DNA of 64,000 nt from Candidatus Binatia bacterium. Its GTDB lineage: Bacteria; Desulfobacterota; Binatia; Bin18. Of this stretch, positions 18,732 through 27,721 are shown piece by piece. The first letter of the stretch is position 1. The number at the start of each line of letters is the position of its first letter. The stretch spans positions 544,001 through 608,000 of the forward strand of contig OY761159.2 of the NCBI GenBank assembly GCA_963664395.2, read 5' to 3'. The translations under genes were made by a program, and so were the position numbers. The notes under the pieces are model-generated. The model ran no database searches, had not been told where the DNA came from, and saw only the letters and a program-made list of their open reading frames with translations.

Positions 18732-19802
18732 TTACCACGGTTTGAACTCGATGCTGAACCCTTCTCGCTCCTGATTTCTCTGATCAGCCAGAGACCCGCG
18801 AGCGCCGGTATACGTTCCCAAAGGATAGTATAAATAGCCCTGAATACTGGCCCCCGGCCCAATTGGACGGTCTGTCAACGACGGAGCGGGAAAAGATGTC
18901 TCGCCCTCACTCATGGGCGTCACCCGTTTTCCGGAAGAGTCCATTAACGTGATCTTCCGGGTCTCAAGCATATACGTCTGCTGGGTCAGATTTGAGATAT
19001 TGACCTTGAGCGGCAGCACGGCCAACTCCTTTGTCCCAAATACAACTTGATTATCAACGCTATTGAGCGGACGCAGGGTGACATACAGGCGCTTTTGATC
19101 CGCCGGATTGCTCGCCAGTCGCTCTTCCACCTTGTTAAAGGTAGTAAAAAACCCGAGCTGGAAGTCGCTCAGAGCCTGATAGAAGGCGACATTGTCCAGG
19201 ACCGGGCTGTCCTCGCTGGTGTCCATCTCGACTCGGTTGCGTTCGATATAACAGGTAATGGTGATGGAGGTCGGCTCCGCCCCTTCCTTTTCACCGGTAA
19301 TCACCCCCGCGGCCATAAATGTTGCCGGGGTATAGGTGGTGATGGTAAACCCACTGCTCTCCAGTGCCTGACGCATCACCATATTGGCTTGATCACACGG
19401 GGCCACATCGGAGCGAGCCATCATACGGACGCCGTTCGGACCGCAGGCGATAGTGACGGACACGCCCTCCTCTCCTCCCCAACGGCCCATCTGCTTCGCC
19501 TCTATCACACCCTCTTTGGCGTCTGAAGCCGGTGTGAAGGAGGTCACCTCATAGCCCAAACGCTCAACCGTCCGGACCGAGAAGCGGTTCGCGTCCTCAC
19601 AACTCATGTCCGGCTCTATCACATCGTACTCGTCCGTGGGCTCAAGCGGAGGTATTGCCGCGCTCATCTGAACGGCCTCAGGCTTCTGCTCGGTCTGCTG
19701 CGAGGCAACCTCCTGCTGTTCGCCGGCATCACAGCCAAGCGTCAGGATTCCGGCTACACACAGACCAATCAAAAAAGGGCCCTTCCGTGTGGGCTTATGC
19801 AT
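18732..19802 (-). CDS. hypothetical lipoprotein with two tandem Cys-bounded domains
   Basis: AGGAGG RBS; signal peptide with LTLG-C lipobox; internal repeat CEDAN..TSFTPA..GVI..VTIAC / CDQAN..TTYTPA..GVI..ITITC. Confidence 0.7.
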   Translation of the reverse strand: MHKPTRKGPFLIGLCVAGILTLGCDAGEQQEVASQQTEQKPEAVQMSAAIPPLEPTDEYDVIEPDMSCEDANRFSVRTVERLGYEVTSFTPASDAKEGVIEAKQMGRWGGEEGVSVTIACGPNGVRMMARSDVAPCDQANMVMRQALESSGFTITTYTPATFMAAGVITGEKEGAEPTSITITCYIERNRVEMDTSEDSPVLDNVAFYQALSDFQLGFFTTFNKVEERLASNPADQKRLYVTLRPLNSVDNQVVFGTKELAVLPLKVNISNLTQQTYMLETRKITLMDSSGKRVTPMSEGETSFPAPSLTDRPIGPGASIQGYLYYPLGTYTGARGSLADQRNQEREGFSIEFKPW

Positions 19803-19902
19803 GCGTCCCCTCCTCCAGGCAGATATAAGCCTCATATGAAGTGTGGACCATACCAAACCAAAAACGATCAGGCCAGAGGAGACATCAGGCCAGAGAAGAA
19901 AG

Positions 19903-20022
19903 TATGTTGCAGCCAAGCACGTCGTCGTCGGACTGACGAAGACAGTAGCCTTGGAATACGCCAAGGCCGGCATTCGGGTGAATGCCGTCTGGCCGGGAGT
20001 GATTCAAACCCCGCTGGTCAAA
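19903..20022 (+). pseudogene. internal fragment of an SDR gene
   Basis: [39 protein letters not shown] closely resembles the catalytic segment of the SDR at 5157-5915. Confidence 0.8.
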
Positions 20023-20063
20023 AGCGTCCATAAAGGGGCACGCAACGCTCAGGAGTCAATACG

Positions 20064-21179
20064 TCACAGACCTGACGCTACCGGGTGCGCGTCCATCGAC
20101 CGCACCACATCCATCTGCTTGAGCAGGGGCACGATCTCTTTCCCAAAACGGATGGTGTCGTCATAAAAGGAGAGAAAGATCAGCAGCACCCCATCCAGGC
20201 CGAGCGCATACAGCCGGGCGAGTTTTTCGGCCACCTGCTCGGCCGTGCCCACAATGGGCAGCGCGCCCCCACCGATGACAAACATCTCTTTGGTAAAACT
20301 GTCGAACGAGCCGCTTTCCATACCCAGTCCGCGCGCCCAGTTTGCCAGGGCTACGTCGTCTGCGGCATCGATAATGCGCTGTTTTTCTTGTTCCGCCTGA
20401 TCCGTGTCGCGCCACAGCACAAACGGACAGCCCGCGCTCAGGACTGTGCGCTGATACGCTTTGGCCCGCGCCCGGATATCGGTCGTCATCTCGCGTGTCG
20501 CCTCAATGTTTGGCGGGCTCAGAAAGATCCAGTCGCACAAGCGGGCAACCACGTCGCGGGCATCGGCCGAAGAGCCGGCATTCACAATGGGCGGATGGGG
20601 CTTTTGCACCGGCTGCGGCATGACATAGCCGCCGGTGATGTGGTACCACGGCGAGTCGTAATTGAACGTGCCGGGCTCGGCCGTCCACAGCCCTTTCAGG
20701 ATGGAGATAAAATCAGCCGTGCGGGCATAGCGTTCCTGATGGGGCAGGAGTTCAACGCCCATCATGTCAAAGTCGTGCGCGTTCCAGCCACTGACGATAT
20801 TGATCCCCCAGCGCCCCTGGCTGATATGATCCAGTGTCGCCCCCATTTTGGCGACAACCAGCGGATGGAAGACCGGCACATGAACGGTCGAGTAGACTCT
20901 GATGGTTTGGGTGACGGCCAGGAGCGCGGCCGCCCAGGTCATGGTCTCTTGCGAATAGCCCATGTAATTGGTCGCGCCGCCGAACCCGCGCCAGCGGCTG
21001 ACCGGGAACAGGAAGTTGAAGCCGGCTTCTTCAGCGGCGAGCGCAATCTGCTTGTTTGACGCAAACGTCCAGTCGTCAGGCTCGGGCTTATAGCTGCTGA
21101 TATGATAGGTCGCGCTACAATTGGGCATGAAAATGCCGAGTTGCAGGCCGTCACGTTCGTTGTTTTCATCCTGGGTCAT
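20064..21179 (-). CDS. LLM flavin-dependent monooxygenase (RutA/SsuD-like)
   Basis: [34 protein letters not shown]. Confidence 0.92.
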   Translation of the reverse strand: MTQDENNERDGLQLGIFMPNCSATYHISSYKPEPDDWTFASNKQIALAAEEAGFNFLFPVSRWRGFGGATNYMGYSQETMTWAAALLAVTQTIRVYSTVHVPVFHPLVVAKMGATLDHISQGRWGINIVSGWNAHDFDMMGVELLPHQERYARTADFISILKGLWTAEPGTFNYDSPWYHITGGYVMPQPVQKPHPPIVNAGSSADARDVVARLCDWIFLSPPNIEATREMTTDIRARAKAYQRTVLSAGCPFVLWRDTDQAEQEKQRIIDAADDVALANWARGLGMESGSFDSFTKEMFVIGGGALPIVGTAEQVAEKLARLYALGLDGVLLIFLSFYDDTIRFGKEIVPLLKQMDVVRSMDAHPVASGL

Positions 21180-21367
21180 CAGACCATCCTCTCCACATTC
21201 TGCAGGCGGGCCGAGGAAGCGTATCGCCTCACGGCACCGGACAGTTTTTCTTACACTGCTGGGCTCGATAGTTGAAGGACAACCCGGACATTGCGCCTCA
21301 CACAGCGCTACGCAGATTCACCCCTGGACCATAGACGTGCTCGGCTCCCTATGGCAGGGTCATGCCT

Positions 21368-22927
21368 ATGACAGACACACAGGCGCCCACAGAGGGCTAT
21401 CGTTGGGTGGTGCTTGCTAGTAGCGTGCTGGTCTTTACCATTGCCTTTGGGTTTGGCTGGACGTATATCGTCATGGTCGTTGCCCAGGTGCTGGCCGACC
21501 TGGAATTAGAGCTGGCGAGCTGGGCGACGCTGTGGTCGGCCATCTCCTTTGGGACGCTTGTTTCGGCCATGATTGGCGGGGCGCTGGGCGATCGCTACGG
21601 GGTCCGAAAAATCGTCGGGCTTGGGGTTGTGCTGATGGGTGTCACCCTGCTCATGCGGGCCACAGCCACAGATTTCAGCTCAATGTATATCTGGATGTTT
21701 CTGTTCGGTATCGCCCTCGCCCTGACATTTCCGAACGTCCCCAAAGCGCTGGGCATGTGGTTTGCGCCGGAAGAATTCGGTCTGGCCAATGGCGCAACCC
21801 AAGCCGGCTACGGCGTTGGCGCGGCCCTGGCCCTGGCGCTGACGCCGCTGGTGCTGGAGCCGGTCGGCGGCTGGCGCACCCTGACCACCATCCTGGGCGG
21901 GGCCACGATAGCCATTGGTGTGCTGTGGTTCGTGATCGTCCGAGACCGGGCGCCCGAGCCGTCCAAGGCCGGGGCCGCGCACATCGGCACCCTGGCTGCG
22001 ATCCGCCAGGTCCTCAGCATCCGGGACACCTGGACTCTGGCGGTCTGCCACATGCTGTTTCTGGGCGGCTATATCGGCATCATCGGCTATGCGCCGACCT
22101 ATTTTGCGGACGTGCAGGGCATGACGCCGGCCACGGCCGGCATCATCGTCTCGCTCGTCATGTGGGCCTTCGTAGTCGGCGCGCTGGTCCTGCCATCCGT
22201 ATCGGACCGGGTCGGCCTGCGAAAACGTTTCTATTCCCCGTGTATGTTCATCGCCGGGGCGTGCATGGTGCTGGCCGGCTACGCGCTGGGCACGCCGCTG
22301 TGGATTGTGGCCCTGCTGTGGGGCTTCTTCGCCGGAGCAGCTCCTCTGGCGTTCGTGGTTCCGCTGGAAATGGAAGGCGTCGGTAGCCGCCTGGCCGGCT
22401 CCGCGGTGGGCATTGCCATCACCGCCGGCTATCTGGGCGGCGTGCTCGCCCCGGTCGTGGGTATGTGGCTGGTCAGCTTTACGCCGGTGGCCGGCTTCTA
22501 CTTCTGGGGCGGCTGCTACATGCTGTCGGCCCTGCTGTTTCTTTTATTGAAAGAGACCGGCCCCCTACATCCGCACGGTCGGCTGACCCCGCCTGCTCCG
22601 GACAAGGTGCGAAGTAACGAGGAACCCACCCCGGCCTTCGGCCACCCCTCCGAGGAGGGGATTTTTCTGTTGTCTACGCCCTGGCGCTCGGCCGGGCGGA
22701 TACGGCTGCGTGCCAGCGAGCCATATTTTTTTGATCCGGCTGGATCGCAATTTTTACTACCCGGCCAAAATCCACCGCGCACTGGGCGACAATGTCGGCT
22801 ACGGTGTAACGCTCGCCCGCAATATATTGGCGGTCGGCTAAAACTTCGTCCAGCCAGGCCAGACTCTTTTCCGCCTTGTCTTTTGACACCGCGGCAAACT
22901 CCGGCACCTGGGACACGCGGCCTTTGA
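21368..22927 (+). CDS. MFS transporter (ORF runs on past the transporter domain, which ends near 22565)
   Basis: About 12 TM segments, GALGDRYGVRK and SDRVGLRK motifs; the tail reads through a repeat and antisense to the GST gene. Confidence 0.85.
   Translation: MTDTQAPTEGYRWVVLASSVLVFTIAFGFGWTYIVMVVAQVLADLELELASWATLWSAISFGTLVSAMIGGALGDRYGVRKIVGLGVVLMGVTLLMRATATDFSSMYIWMFLFGIALALTFPNVPKALGMWFAPEEFGLANGATQAGYGVGAALALALTPLVLEPVGGWRTLTTILGGATIAIGVLWFVIVRDRAPEPSKAGAAHIGTLAAIRQVLSIRDTWTLAVCHMLFLGGYIGIIGYAPTYFADVQGMTPATAGIIVSLVMWAFVVGALVLPSVSDRVGLRKRFYSPCMFIAGACMVLAGYALGTPLWIVALLWGFFAGAAPLAFVVPLEMEGVGSRLAGSAVGIAITAGYLGGVLAPVVGMWLVSFTPVAGFYFWGGCYMLSALLFLLLKETGPLHPHGRLTPPAPDKVRSNEEPTPAFGHPSEEGIFLLSTPWRSAGRIRLRASEPYFFDPAGSQFLLPGQNPPRTGRQCRLRCNARPQYIGGRLKLRPARPDSFPPCLLTPRQTPAPGTRGL
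22621..22663. repeat. palindromic repeat (family of 9421-9518)
   Basis: GGAACCCACCCCGGCCTTCGGCCACCCCTCCGAGGAGGGGATT. Confidence 0.7.
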
Positions 22928-23285
22928 AGAATGCGTGCTGTTGTTGAAACGCCAGTGTCGCCGGCTGAAAGAGTTCAAATTCCATGCGCCGATTCCACAT
23001 CTCGACAATCGCCTTGTCCTGTGCGTCTACGCCCATGAGCGGCGGGTCGGGATGGAGTTCTTCAAAATAGCGGCAGATCGCCCCGCTTTCGGCAATGCAG
23101 GTACCGTCGTCGAGTTCGAGTACCGGCACGGTGCCCATGGGATTCTTCTGCGTCCGGAATGCCTCACCGCGATTGACCGCATTGACGATATCAACTTGTT
23201 CGTATGGTACCTCGATACCTTTTTCCGCGATGAATATCCGCACCCGGCGCGGATTGGGTGCGGCTGTTGCGTCATGGATTTTCAT
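22674..23285 (-). CDS. glutathione S-transferase family protein
   Basis: APNPRRVRIF, NPMGTVPVLELDDG, ES motif, YTVADI. Confidence 0.95.
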   Translation of the reverse strand: MKIHDATAAPNPRRVRIFIAEKGIEVPYEQVDIVNAVNRGEAFRTQKNPMGTVPVLELDDGTCIAESGAICRYFEELHPDPPLMGVDAQDKAIVEMWNRRMEFELFQPATLAFQQQHAFFKGRVSQVPEFAAVSKDKAEKSLAWLDEVLADRQYIAGERYTVADIVAQCAVDFGRVVKIAIQPDQKNMARWHAAVSARPSARA

Positions 23286-23366
23286 ACGCTCCTCCCCTGA
23301 ATGAGATGCAGCTACCCTATGTGGCGTATGGGCAGGAAGTAAAGAGGGGAGGTCTCCCAGCAGTGC

Positions 23367-24548
23367 TTAGGCCAGCACCCTGGCAAGCCGGTCAAAGGCT
23401 TCGTGCAACGTTTCCAGACTATTGGCAAAACACAGCCGGATAAATCCTTCGCCGGCCTCGCCAAACGCCGCGCCCGGCGCAAGACCCACCCTGGCCTCGG
23501 AGACAAAACGGCGACACTCGGCCACGCTGTCGGTCATCCCGTCCACGGCGAAGAACACATAAAAAGAGCCGGGGGGAGAGTGGACGCGGACGCGCGGCAT
23601 GGCCCGCAGCCGTTCCACGCTCAGGTCACGGGCGGCTCGATAGCGCCGCACCATGTCACGCACGAATGGTTCGCCTTCCATCACCGCAGTGACTCCGGCA
23701 ATCTGGGTGAAATGGGCCGGACATGAATAGTGAAACTCAATGACCTTTTCAAAAACATCGCCGAGGGGCGGTGGGGCGGTAATCCAGCCCAGCCGCCAGC
23801 CCGACATGGCCCAGGTCTTGGAGAAACTGTTGATCACCAGGACCTTGTCATCCGGCTCCGCCAGGTCCAACAAAGATAGCGCAACGGGCCGGTCATACAC
23901 CAAACGGTGGTAGACCTCGTCAGAAATAAACCACAGGCCACGCTGCCGGCAAAAATCGAGCACCGCTTGCTGGCCGTCCCTCTCCATGACCCAGCCGGTG
24001 GGATTGCCGGGGGAGTTGATGAGGATCGCGGTGGTCTTGTCATCGACTTGGTCAAAGAGCCGGTCCAGATCAAGCGTCCAGGCCTGCTCACCAAACGTCA
24101 GCGGCACAATCCGGGTCTCCCCGCCCATAATATGGATGGTCTCAATCAAGTTCGGCCACACGGGACCAACCACAACCGTATTGGAGCCGGGGTCGGTCAG
24201 GACTTGCTGGATGAGATTGATGGCGACGCAACCGGAGGCGGTAACGGTAATGCGATCCACGTTCACCGGGCGGGCGTGCAAACCGGATGAGTATTCAGCC
24301 AGTGCAGTGCGCAGTTCAGGAATGCCCCGGTTATGGGTGTAAAACGTACAGCCCTGCATCAGGGCATCCGCACCGGCCTGCTTGATAAACTCCGGCGTGG
24401 GTAGGTCGGACTCCCCGAACCAGAGCGGGATCAAGCCTTCGAGACCAAGGCTGGCGTTGGCAATGGCTCGAATCTTCGATTTCGGCAACCGTTCGATTTG
24501 TTCTCTGGCTTGAATGCGCCCCTGCTGTTCAGCCTTCCCCTGTGTCAT
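23367..24548 (-). CDS. PLP-dependent aminotransferase class I/II
   Basis: LWFGESD, NSPGNPTG, SDEVY, SFSKTWAMSGWRLGW. Confidence 0.95.
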   Translation of the reverse strand: MTQGKAEQQGRIQAREQIERLPKSKIRAIANASLGLEGLIPLWFGESDLPTPEFIKQAGADALMQGCTFYTHNRGIPELRTALAEYSSGLHARPVNVDRITVTASGCVAINLIQQVLTDPGSNTVVVGPVWPNLIETIHIMGGETRIVPLTFGEQAWTLDLDRLFDQVDDKTTAILINSPGNPTGWVMERDGQQAVLDFCRQRGLWFISDEVYHRLVYDRPVALSLLDLAEPDDKVLVINSFSKTWAMSGWRLGWITAPPPLGDVFEKVIEFHYSCPAHFTQIAGVTAVMEGEPFVRDMVRRYRAARDLSVERLRAMPRVRVHSPPGSFYVFFAVDGMTDSVAECRRFVSEARVGLAPGAAFGEAGEGFIRLCFANSLETLHEAFDRLARVLA

Positions 24549-24634
24549 GCTTGCGACAACTCCCTCAGTCGTTTATCTCAGCCAGTCGTTTGTCTCAACA
24601 TAGAGCCGTTCAGGGCCGGAAGGAAGGCCAAGTT

Positions 24635-25279
24635 TCATTGGAGCAAGGCACAGAGCTGGGCCATGTCCTGAAAGACCCGCGCCCCGACGGCAGCAAGGGT
24701 TTCCGCCTCCGAGCCTCGGGCATAGCCGAATACGGCCATGCCAGCCGCCACGCCGGCCCGGACTCCGGGCAGACTGTCCTCAATCACAGCGCAGGTCTCC
24801 GGGGAGGCACCAAGAGTGTGGGCCGCGTGGAAAAACAGGCCAGGGTCGGGCTTCCAGCTTCCGACTTCATAGGCACTCACAATATTCCCCCGAAAATATG
24901 GCAGCAAACCAGTAATCCCAAGGTTCAGCTCAATCTTCTCGCGGGGGCCGCTGGAGGCAACACAAAACGGGATGGACAAGGACTGCAAGGTCTGAATGAC
25001 GACTTCAACACCAGGGATCGGTTGCAGTTGGGCTTGAAAGACTTTGGCACTGCGTACGCGGAAATCGGGAATAAAGGTGTCCGGCACACAGCGACCAAGA
25101 CGACGTTTAACATCGGCCACCCACTCAGCCAGCTTGCGCCCTCTGTATGCGTCCATCGCTTCTGCCAGCGTCAGATTCAGACCTAAGTCCGCAACGCACT
25201 CGACGAACACCTGCTTTTCGAGCGTTTCACTGTCCACAAGCACACCGTCACAGTCAAAGATAACAGCCTCAAATCGCAT
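24635..25279 (-). CDS. HAD-family hydrolase (YieH-like)
   Basis: IFDCDGVLVDSE, VASSG, KPDP, IEDS. Confidence 0.92.
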   Translation of the reverse strand: MRFEAVIFDCDGVLVDSETLEKQVFVECVADLGLNLTLAEAMDAYRGRKLAEWVADVKRRLGRCVPDTFIPDFRVRSAKVFQAQLQPIPGVEVVIQTLQSLSIPFCVASSGPREKIELNLGITGLLPYFRGNIVSAYEVGSWKPDPGLFFHAAHTLGASPETCAVIEDSLPGVRAGVAAGMAVFGYARGSEAETLAAVGARVFQDMAQLCALLQ

Positions 25280-25328
25280 ACAGAGGTCCACGAGAAAAAA
25301 GTGTCCGGGGTTTGGTCATGCTGCCGTG

Positions 25329-26069
25329 CTAGCTCTGACTTGACTTCCCAAGGGCCTCTTGCCGGAGCTGCTGTATCTTATTCTTGCGCTGCTTCTTCTC
25401 GTCTGGAAGGACGTAAATTTCGTAGAGAACTTCTTTCAGGGTTTCGATAATCACCCTGAGATTTGGAGCGTCCCACTTGTCCCAAGACTGCTCGTGAACT
25501 TTGTTGCTGGTCATCTGTTGTATGTGGCCAAGTACATCGAACAGTTCTGGATCGATTGACTGGTATTTATCTTTGAGGGACTTGATACGGTCTTCATAGT
25601 CGCCATCTGTAAGCCTTTCGTGAACCAGAAGCTCATAGATGGCTTTTCTCATGCAGGCCGAAGCGCCGGTCAAATAGTTCATCTTCAGGCTACCCTCGGC
25701 TTCGGTTATCAACTCCCTTATGGTTCTCGGGACACGTTTATCTACGGTGAAAAAAGAGGTAGGTACTGAGTAGAAAATGTGTGAATCAATGTCTTCAATC
25801 TCTCCCGTGAATGCCCAATATGTCCTCCCATTGTAGCGGCCCACGAAGCTGTCAATACTATCAAATGAGAGATGCATTGACTCCCTTTCGCACGAAGAAC
25901 ATTCGGCCACATATACGTAACACTTCTTCTCGGCACTCCAGTCGAACTCCAGGTGACCCGTGAGACTATAGCTAACGTTTCGCCTGTTGCAGAACGGGCA
26001 ATTATATACGTCACGATCTATGAAGTATTTGCGATCCAGGTAGGACTTATCCAAGTTCTCTTCAGGCAT
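25329..26069 (-). CDS. DUF4145 (HEPN-like) domain protein with N-terminal zinc ribbon
   Basis: CPFC...CSSC, EAEGSL....TGASACMRKAIYELL, SNKVH; lower GC than flanks. Confidence 0.75.
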   Translation of the reverse strand: MPEENLDKSYLDRKYFIDRDVYNCPFCNRRNVSYSLTGHLEFDWSAEKKCYVYVAECSSCERESMHLSFDSIDSFVGRYNGRTYWAFTGEIEDIDSHIFYSVPTSFFTVDKRVPRTIRELITEAEGSLKMNYLTGASACMRKAIYELLVHERLTDGDYEDRIKSLKDKYQSIDPELFDVLGHIQQMTSNKVHEQSWDKWDAPNLRVIIETLKEVLYEIYVLPDEKKQRKNKIQQLRQEALGKSSQS

Positions 26070-26165
26070 TTATTATCTATCCCTCCCACGTATTAAGTTT
26101 CCTCCGCCGATGTGGGAAGCCCTCATCCGAAAGCTCTTGAGTCGCACCGCTACATATCGCTCCTC

Positions 26166-26606
26166 TTACGTGTCGTCGCGGAGAAGGGACACACCCGTTG
26201 CGCCCAAAAACAGCGGCAGCAGCGTATCGATAATCATCCAGACCACGACGCTTACATTCTCGCTCTTGCCTGGGGCGAAGTCGGCGCTGACCGACATGGT
26301 GTTGAACCAACTCCAGAAGAAGAGGATACCCACGCCCAGAAAGCCGTAGAACAGGGTACTGGCTGCCAGCCGTTCCCAGGTCACGGGCGCGTCCGGCCCG
26401 GCGCTGCCGGCGCGTTGCATACGGGGATAGCCGACTATCAGCCCCAGCACGATCGCCAGCCCCATTAACGGGTCCAGCAGGTTCCACAGCGGGCTGTACG
26501 GATGCGCTTCGCTTGAAACGTGATAGAGCGGCTCAACTATGGTATGGACCGCAACCGTCACCCCAATCACGATGAGAACGATACCAATGCTTCGCTTGCT
26601 GTCCAT
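26166..26606 (-). CDS. hypothetical 4-TM membrane protein
   Basis: Four hydrophobic segments; AAGGGAG RBS. Confidence 0.7.
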   Translation of the reverse strand: MDSKRSIGIVLIVIGVTVAVHTIVEPLYHVSSEAHPYSPLWNLLDPLMGLAIVLGLIVGYPRMQRAGSAGPDAPVTWERLAASTLFYGFLGVGILFFWSWFNTMSVSADFAPGKSENVSVVVWMIIDTLLPLFLGATGVSLLRDDT

Positions 26607-26758
26607 CACTCGGCTCCCTTCTGAGTGTTTGGCCACGATACTGTGTCATACCGGCGATTGCACTGTCTACGGTCAAAGCGCGCGTCATGCCGCGTAAGAG
26701 GGATTTCCGCTGCGGCCAAAACGCGCTATGGAAACACAAGTAGTAAAGGAGGCTGGCT

Positions 26759-27649
26759 ATGGCACGCGTGGCACAACTCGGCTACATCGGCTTGGGCGTC
26801 AGCAATGTTGACGAATGGGAACAATTCGCCACCGGAGTGCTTGGACTCCAGGCGCATACACGCGACCCGGACGGTTCGTTGTTGTTGCGTATGGACGAAT
26901 ACCACCACCGGTTTATTGTCTCCCCTGGTGACGAGGACGACCTCGCTTTGGTCGGCTGGGAAGTTGCGGACGAGGAAACGCTCAAGGCGATGGGCGATCA
27001 GCTCAGCACCCATGATATTGCGGTCGAATGGGGAACCCCGGAAGAGGCCGAAGCCCGGCGGGTCGTTGGTCTGCTCAAACTCCAAGACCCGAATGGCATT
27101 GCAACAGAAATCTTCTATGGGCCCCTCGTGGGCGTGGATACGCCCTTTCAATCTCCGCGCCCGATTTCAGGCTTTGCTACGGGAGACATGGGGCTCGGTC
27201 ATATCACCATGACGGTCGATAGCTTGGAGCAAAGCCTGCATTTCTACCGTGATGTACTGGGCTTTCGCCTGAGCGATTGGGTCCGGCCTCAGCCCGAGCG
27301 CGGCGTGGCCTCAACGCTCAACCTCGCCTTTCTGCACTGCAATCCGCGCCATCACTCCATGGCCTTTTGGGAAGGCACGATGCCCAAACGCATGCACCAC
27401 TTTATGCTGCAACTCCACAATCTGGACGATGTGGGTTCAACCTATGATCTGTGTCAGCGCAATGAGGTGCCGATTGATATGACCTTGGGCCGGCATACCA
27501 ATGACCTGATGTTGTCCTTTTATCTCAAAACCCCCTCCGGCTTCAGCGTCGAATACGGCTGGGGCGCGCGTGAGGTTGATGACACGACCTGGCAGGTTCA
27601 GTTGCATCGAACCGGCAGCATTTGGGGCCATAAGCACGTGAGTCATTAG
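26759..27649 (+). CDS. type I extradiol ring-cleavage dioxygenase (BphC/HsaC-like)
   Basis: LGYIG, LRMD, GLGH, FLHCNPRHHS, HHFMLQ, LGRHTND, SFY..TPSGF.VEYGWG. Confidence 0.95.
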   Translation: MARVAQLGYIGLGVSNVDEWEQFATGVLGLQAHTRDPDGSLLLRMDEYHHRFIVSPGDEDDLALVGWEVADEETLKAMGDQLSTHDIAVEWGTPEEAEARRVVGLLKLQDPNGIATEIFYGPLVGVDTPFQSPRPISGFATGDMGLGHITMTVDSLEQSLHFYRDVLGFRLSDWVRPQPERGVASTLNLAFLHCNPRHHSMAFWEGTMPKRMHHFMLQLHNLDDVGSTYDLCQRNEVPIDMTLGRHTNDLMLSFYLKTPSGFSVEYGWGAREVDDTTWQVQLHRTGSIWGHKHVSH

Positions 27650-27663
27650 AGACGATAGAGAGA

Positions 27664-27705
27664 ATCCCCCTCACCCTAGCCCTCTCCCCCGAGGGGAGAG
27701 GGAAT
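27664..27705. repeat. CCCTCACCC..CCCTCTCCC..GGGAGAGGG-type palindromic repeat
   Basis: ATCCCCCTCACCCTAGCCCTCTCCCCCGAGGGGAGAGGGAAT. Confidence 0.7.
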
Positions 27706-27721
27706 TGAAGGAGCGCGTGGC

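Noticed and set aside
20064-20066. TGA ending the LLM has GTT at +18..+20
   Set aside because: Only 2 bp close the loop, there is no Cys-motif context, and the protein is already complete.
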